This document shows positions 57,461 through 64,000 of a stretch of 64,000 nucleotides of DNA, piece after piece. Numbering within the stretch: position 1 is the stretch's first letter; each line of letters opens with the position of its first letter. Made by a program: the position numbers and the translations under genes. The notes under the pieces were generated by a model. The model worked only from the letters and a program-made list of their open reading frames with translations. It was not told the DNA's origin and did not search any database. Origin of the DNA: the human T2T-CHM13v2.0 reference genome, Homo sapiens; assembly GCF_009914755.1 (NCBI RefSeq), contig NC_060934.1. One strand, given 5' to 3'.

Positions 57461-59722
57461 TGCATTAATCCGTTTTCATGCTGCTGATAAAGACATACTC
57501 AAGATTGTGTAATTTATAAAGAAAAAGAGGTTTGATGGACCCACAGTTCCACGTGGCTGGGGAGGCCTCACAATCATGGCAGAAGGTGAAAGGCACATCT
57601 TACATGGTGGCAGGGAAGAGAGAGAATATGTGCAGGGGAACTCCCCTTTATAAAACCATCAGATCTTGTAAGACTTATTCACTGTCACAAGAATAGCATG
57701 GGAAAGACGTGATCTTATGATTCAATTACCTCCCATAGGGTCCCTCAAATGACACGTGGGAATTATCAGAGCTACAATTCAAGATGAGATTTAGATGGGG
57801 ACACAGCCAAACCATATCATTCTGCCCTGGCCCCTCCCAAATCTCATGTCCTCGCATTTCAAAACCAATTATGCCTTCCCAACAGTCCCCCAAAGTCTTA
57901 ACACATTTCAGCATTAACTCAAAAGTCCAAAGTCTCATCTGAGACAAGGCAAGTCCCTTCCACTTATGAGCCTGTAACATCAACAGCAAGTTAGTTACTT
58001 CCTAGATACAAGGGGGTACAGGCATTGGGTAAATATAGCTGTTCCAAATGGGAGAAACTGGCCAAAATGAAGTGGTTACTGGCCCCATGCAGATCTGAAA
58101 TACAGCAGGGCAGTCAAATCTTAAAGCTCCAAAATGATCTCCTTTGACTCCATGTCTCACATCCAGGTCATGCTGATGCAAGAGGTGGACTTCCATAGTC
58201 TTGGGCACCTCTGCCCTCGTGGCTTTGCAGGTTATAGCCTCCCTCCTGGCTGCTTTCACAGGCTGATGTTGTCTGCAACTTTTCCCTGGGCATGGTGCAA
58301 GCTGTTGATGGATCTACCATTCTTGGGTCTGAAGGACCGTGGCCCTCTTCTCACAGCTCCACTAGACAGTGCCCCACTGGGGATTCTGTGTGGGGGCTCC
58401 AACCCCACATTTCTTTTCTGCACTGCCCTAGCAAAGGTTCTCCGTGAGGGCCCCACCCTGCAGCAAACTTCTGCCTTGGCATCTAGGCATTTCCATACAT
58501 CTTCTGAAATCAGGCGGAAGTTCCCAAACTTCAATTCTTGACTTCTGTGTGCCCACAGGCTCAACACCACATGGAAGCTGCCAAGGCTTGGGGCTTTCAC
58601 CCTCTGAAGGCCATGGCCCCTTTTAGCCATGGCTAGAGCAGCTTGGATGCAGGGCACCAAGTCCCTAGGCTGCACACAGCAGGGGGTCCTCGGCCTGGCC
58701 CCCAAAACCATTTTTTCCTCCTAGGCCTCTGGACCTGTGATGGGAAGGGCTGCCACAAAGGTGTCTGACATGCCCTGGAGACATTTTCCCCATTGTCTTG
58801 GTGATTAACATTTGGCTCCTCGTTACTTATGCAAATTTCTGCAGCTGGCTTGAATTTCTCCTCAGAAAATTTTTTTTTTTTCTATCACATCATCAGGCTG
58901 CAACTTTTCCAAACTTTTATGCTCTGTGTTTCTTTTAAAACTGAATGCTTTAAATAGCACCCAAATCACCTCTTGAATTCTTTGCCACTTAGAAATTTCT
59001 TCCACCAGATACCCTAAATTATCTCTCTTAAATTCAAAGTTCCACAGATCTCTAGGGCAGGGGCAAAATTCCACCAGTCTCTTTGATAAAACATAGCAAG
59101 AGTTACCTTTACTCCAGTTCTCAACAAGTTCCTCACCTCCATCTGAGACCACCTCAGCCTAGATTTCATTGACTATATCATTATCAGCATTTTGGTCAAA
59201 GCCATTCAACAAGTCTCTAGGAAGTTCCAAACTTTCCCACATTTTCCTGTCTTCTTCTGAGCCCTCCAAACTGTTCCAACCTCTGCCTGTTACCCAGTTC
59301 CAAAGTCACTTCCACATTTTGGGGTATCTTTACAGCAGTACCCCACTACCTGGTACCAATTTACTGTATTAGTCTGTTCTCATGCTGCTAATAGAGACAT
59401 ACCACAGACTGGGTAATTTATAAAGGGAAGAGGCTTAATTCGCTCACAGTTCCATGTGGCTGGGGAGGCCTCAAAATCATGGCAGAAGGTGAAAGGCACA
59501 TCTTACGTGGCGTCAGGGAAGAGAGAGAATTTGTGCAGGGGAACTCTTCTTTACATAATTATCAGATCTCGTGAGACTTATTCACTGTCATGAGAACAGC
59601 AAGGGAAAGACCTGACCCCATGATTCAATTACCTCCCACTGGGTCCCTCCCACAACATGTGGAAATTATGGAAGCTACAATTCAAGATGAGATTTGAGTG
59701 GGGACACTGCCAAGCCATATCA
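57461..59722 (-). mobile_element. Complete THE1 (THE1B-like) MaLR: LTR 57461-57819, internal 57820-59364, LTR 59365-59722, TSD ACACC
   Basis: two direct LTRs with TG..CA ends; ACACC at 57456-57460 and 59723-59727. Confidence 0.95.
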
Positions 59723-59912
59723 ACACCCCACCTTTAATCTCCCTTGCTTTTTGTTTTTTGTTTTTTCCAGAACACCTAAATATTTTTAACATATATCATT
59801 TCATGGCTCCTATTTCAAGTGGGGTGGTTACTGGGGATAGTCATTCACTTATACATTCATTCATTCACACATTTTTTCAAATATGTAGTAGGTACCTACT
59901 AGTCAGGCTCTA

Positions 59913-60628
<716 letters not shown>

Positions 60629-61499
60629 CTCTGAACAGGTAATTAGAGTCTGAGAAGTTTCCATTGTAGTGGAGATAGCAGAAAAGGCTCTGTACAAGAG
60701 TAGCTCTTGAGTATTCCTTAGTGAATACTGAAGAATTAACGAACACCAAATTTAGCACAGGTAGAAACTGAGCCAAAGAGTGTTTGTTTCCATTCATGTA
60801 TATTAAAAGTCTTAAGTTCATGCAAAGCCTCCCAAAGTTTCTATAAAACAATGCTTGAAACCTCATTCCAAAAGAGGCAACATTCTTAAATGGACATATC
60901 TTCATGCTGAAGTCTTCAGAATTCTGAAACCTCATCTACTAAACTAAAAGCTGACATTATTTGAAATAAATACTCTTGTTGAAACTTGGGTTTGAAATAT
61001 TCTGTTGCATCCCAGATCTGTTGATCATCTGTTGTGCCTGAATTTCTGTAGGGACAATATTTAACCTTTGTGTTAAGTGGTTCTTAAATGGCACTGTGAG
61101 GAGGGTAGTGTCACATCAGCACACTACAAAGTGCCTCTGTATCCCCGGTGACATTTTGTTCTTTGTGAGACCTCTGAAGTATTGCTTAATGGCAATTGTT
61201 GTCATCATAGGATGGGTAAAGGTATCTTGTCACAGATTTAGAACTGGCTTAGAGACAGGAAACAAAGTGAATCAGTAGAAATGCACATTTGTTTGGAAGG
61301 AAAAGGGTAAACACAGTGGGGTTCCTCAGGGATTGGTCTGGCTCAATCTTATTTAAAACATTTATAAATGATCCAGAGAAGGGCTCACACAGTGAAATCT
61401 CCAAAGTCTGCAGCTAATGCTGAACTACTCTGGATATGGAAAAGCTAAGTGGATGAGTACCAATGCAGGGAAAATTTAGGAGGCTGTTCTAATATGTAG

Positions 61500-61811
<312 letters not shown>

Positions 61812-62044
61812 GACATGGACCTCTTAAGTGTGGACATGTGCAGTGTAATGCATTTAGAACAGAAAAATTCAAAATATTTTAAAAGGATGATTCTAAAATA
61901 TGACACAGGAAAAAGACTCCAGGGTGGAGCAAATCTGCCGTCACAGAGATTCGCCAATGTAATTGTTTTCTCCGTGAAGACAGAAAACCATGATAATCAG
62001 TATGACATTAGATTTTCCAAAACTTCAGCTCTTGGCCATGCATT

Positions 62045-62176
62045 CATTAAATTCATATAATTGAATTAAATTAAATTCATATAATTTATATGTTTATTAA
62101 ATTAAACTCATATAATTAAAATTTATATAACTAAATAAATATATAATATAAGTAAGTTCATATAATTTATATGTTT
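62045..62176. repeat. AT-rich degenerate tandem repeat (unit ~attaaattcatataattt)
   Basis: 5-6 imperfect copies. Confidence 0.7.
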
Positions 62177-62390
62177 GGAGAGCACCTACTATACAGGACA
62201 GCTTGGGCACTGTGATAGATACTGAAGAAGCCTCCAAGGGACATGACCTGAGAAGTAGGCAGTGAGAGTGATGGGAGGAGACAAGTGAGGGTCTTTGACA
62301 TTTGGGAACCTAGCGGTCAGCCTGGAGTGAGAAGTGGGCAAGGATCTCAGACACTCCTGGGAGCAGCTGCCACCAGGAAACTTCTAGTGA

Positions 62391-62811
62391 TTGTGTCCAG
62401 GGAAAGGTTGCCTTTTCTGTTTATTCTAAACCATTTTATCCAGCTAGAAGTGCCTATCATGCTATTGCGTGTTCTTAGTCTCTGTGCTTTATGCTTTACA
62501 TATTTAATTTGGATAATGTTGCACTTTATCTGAGCCTTGTGTTTCTGGAAAGCAGCACCTGTTGAGAATTTTGCCCATTCTTTTGTATCCCGGGAAATGG
62601 TTAACTGCAAAAGAATACCTTGTCCTCGCATCTTGCCAAGGTAGGAACTGTCTCCATCCCTCCTCATGATTCAAGGATAGCTTCTTTGTCTACCCAACTC
62701 TATAAAAGCCCAGAACCCCTTCCCTTTCTTTCACAAAATGAACATTCTCCTCATTGCAACAGCCTAAATAAAATCATCTCCTTAATTGTCTGGTGAATTT
62801 TGTTTTTCACA
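62391..62811 (+). mobile_element. Old solo LTR (ERV1-like, family not assigned)
   Basis: TG..CA ends, TATAAAA 62701-62707, AATAAA 62767-62772, end ttttgtttttcaca. Confidence 0.6.
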
Positions 62812-64000
62812 ATTTCAAGTAATCAATTATAATAGAATATTTATTTGATCACTTATACTTTGTGCTTTTGCCATCAGGCACTGTGCTGGGCTGCAGATGT
62901 AAAGCACTGAGCAAGGCAGACTCTCTCCCGGCCCCCCAGCTCACAGGCTAGTAGGAGCATCAGATGATCAAACAAGGAATTATGAAACAGTGGATTGACT
63001 GTTGTGATAGGTATACAGGTGAAGTAAATGAATTACTGATTGTAAAAAAAAAAAAGAATTTAACCCAGTATTGAAAAATGCAGTGTTTGAGTTGCCGTTA
63101 AATGTTTCTTTGACGTACATCTTGAAATACAGAAATTGCTTTTATTGAGGAACAATAGGACTCATTATATAAGGGCCTGACTCAGCTGTGGGGAGGCTGG
63201 GCCATGCTTCTGTTCTGGCTGCTCAGAGGACTCCCAGAATGGCTGGAAAATGGTCACATGGATTCCCTGGTTGAAGGTAGAAAAGGGAAGAATATGACTG
63301 ACACATAAACCTGAGTTTATCTGAATTTTTGATGTTTGGCACAGGGCACTACGAACTTGCTAATGGTCTATTGAGAAGACAAAATTGCAAGCCAAGGCCT
63401 TGGAACAAGAAAGCATTAGAAATATTTTCTTCGATCCTATTTTGTCTGGTGGATTACCATGGCAATGGGCTACTGGGAAGAGACAGTTAGTTCTACTAAC
63501 ACATTATTTTGTATGTGAAAACTTTGCTCAGAATGGTATTTGGTCTAGGACTTTGCCTGACTTCCATAGTGTGGGGAACTTAGTGTTTGAATAACATTGC
63601 CTAACAGATTCTGGTGTTCAAGTGTTTTCTAAATTTTAAAACCTTACCTCAGGACCTTGAAATAGGCAATGATATGTGGAGATACAGATCCTGGCTGCTA
63701 TGAGCACATAAAAATAATAAATATGTTTAAATAATAATGCTTTAAAATAATAACAAATATTTTTTATTATTAAGATGATGAATAAAAATGATTAATATAA
63801 AAGTGATCAATTGTAAAAATTCAGAGAAAATAAATAACAAGAATGAAATAGTATTTATTAGTATCTCCTCCCTAACAAGGTAGTTATTATTTTACCCTCA
63901 TTTTACACATGAATCAGCTAATACTAAGGTTCACCACTCAGGTCCGTTTGACTGCAAAACTCACACTCTGCTATATTGTTTCCAATTCTTGACTGTCATA

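Noticed and set aside
57726-59372. Several ORFs up to 151 aa
   Set aside because: Broken THE1 internal ORF and its antisense

Overview
Human (or very close great-ape) genomic DNA. Positions 418-13940 (+) carry the last six coding exons of the mitotic kinesin-6 gene KIF20B (MPHOSPH1/MPP1/KRMP1, 10q23.31). They splice in frame through GT-AG introns to a 260-aa C-terminal tail ending ...ESDHQIIKRRLRTKTAK*. The ORF track misses these exons. The 3' UTR runs into a full-length antisense old L1 (~14.4-22.0 kb). The remaining ~42 kb is intergenic and dominated by transposon relics: Alus, L1s, a full-length Tigger1, a complete THE1 provirus with TSDs, and solo LTRs (MER51, LTR14B, MSTB, MER39). I found no RNA gene, CRISPR array or convincing new gene system. 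The most unusual structure is an intronic L1PA copy built from four alternately oriented fragments (two twin-priming-like inversions plus a ~2.4 kb internal deletion). Next are a permuted L1PB with a fold-back AT-rich scar, an L1-derived distal poly(A) signal, tandem Pumilio elements, a probable non-reference K>E allele next to the CDK1/PIN1 site, and a perfect RFX X-box. Repeat family names are by-eye recall of consensus sequences, not search results.
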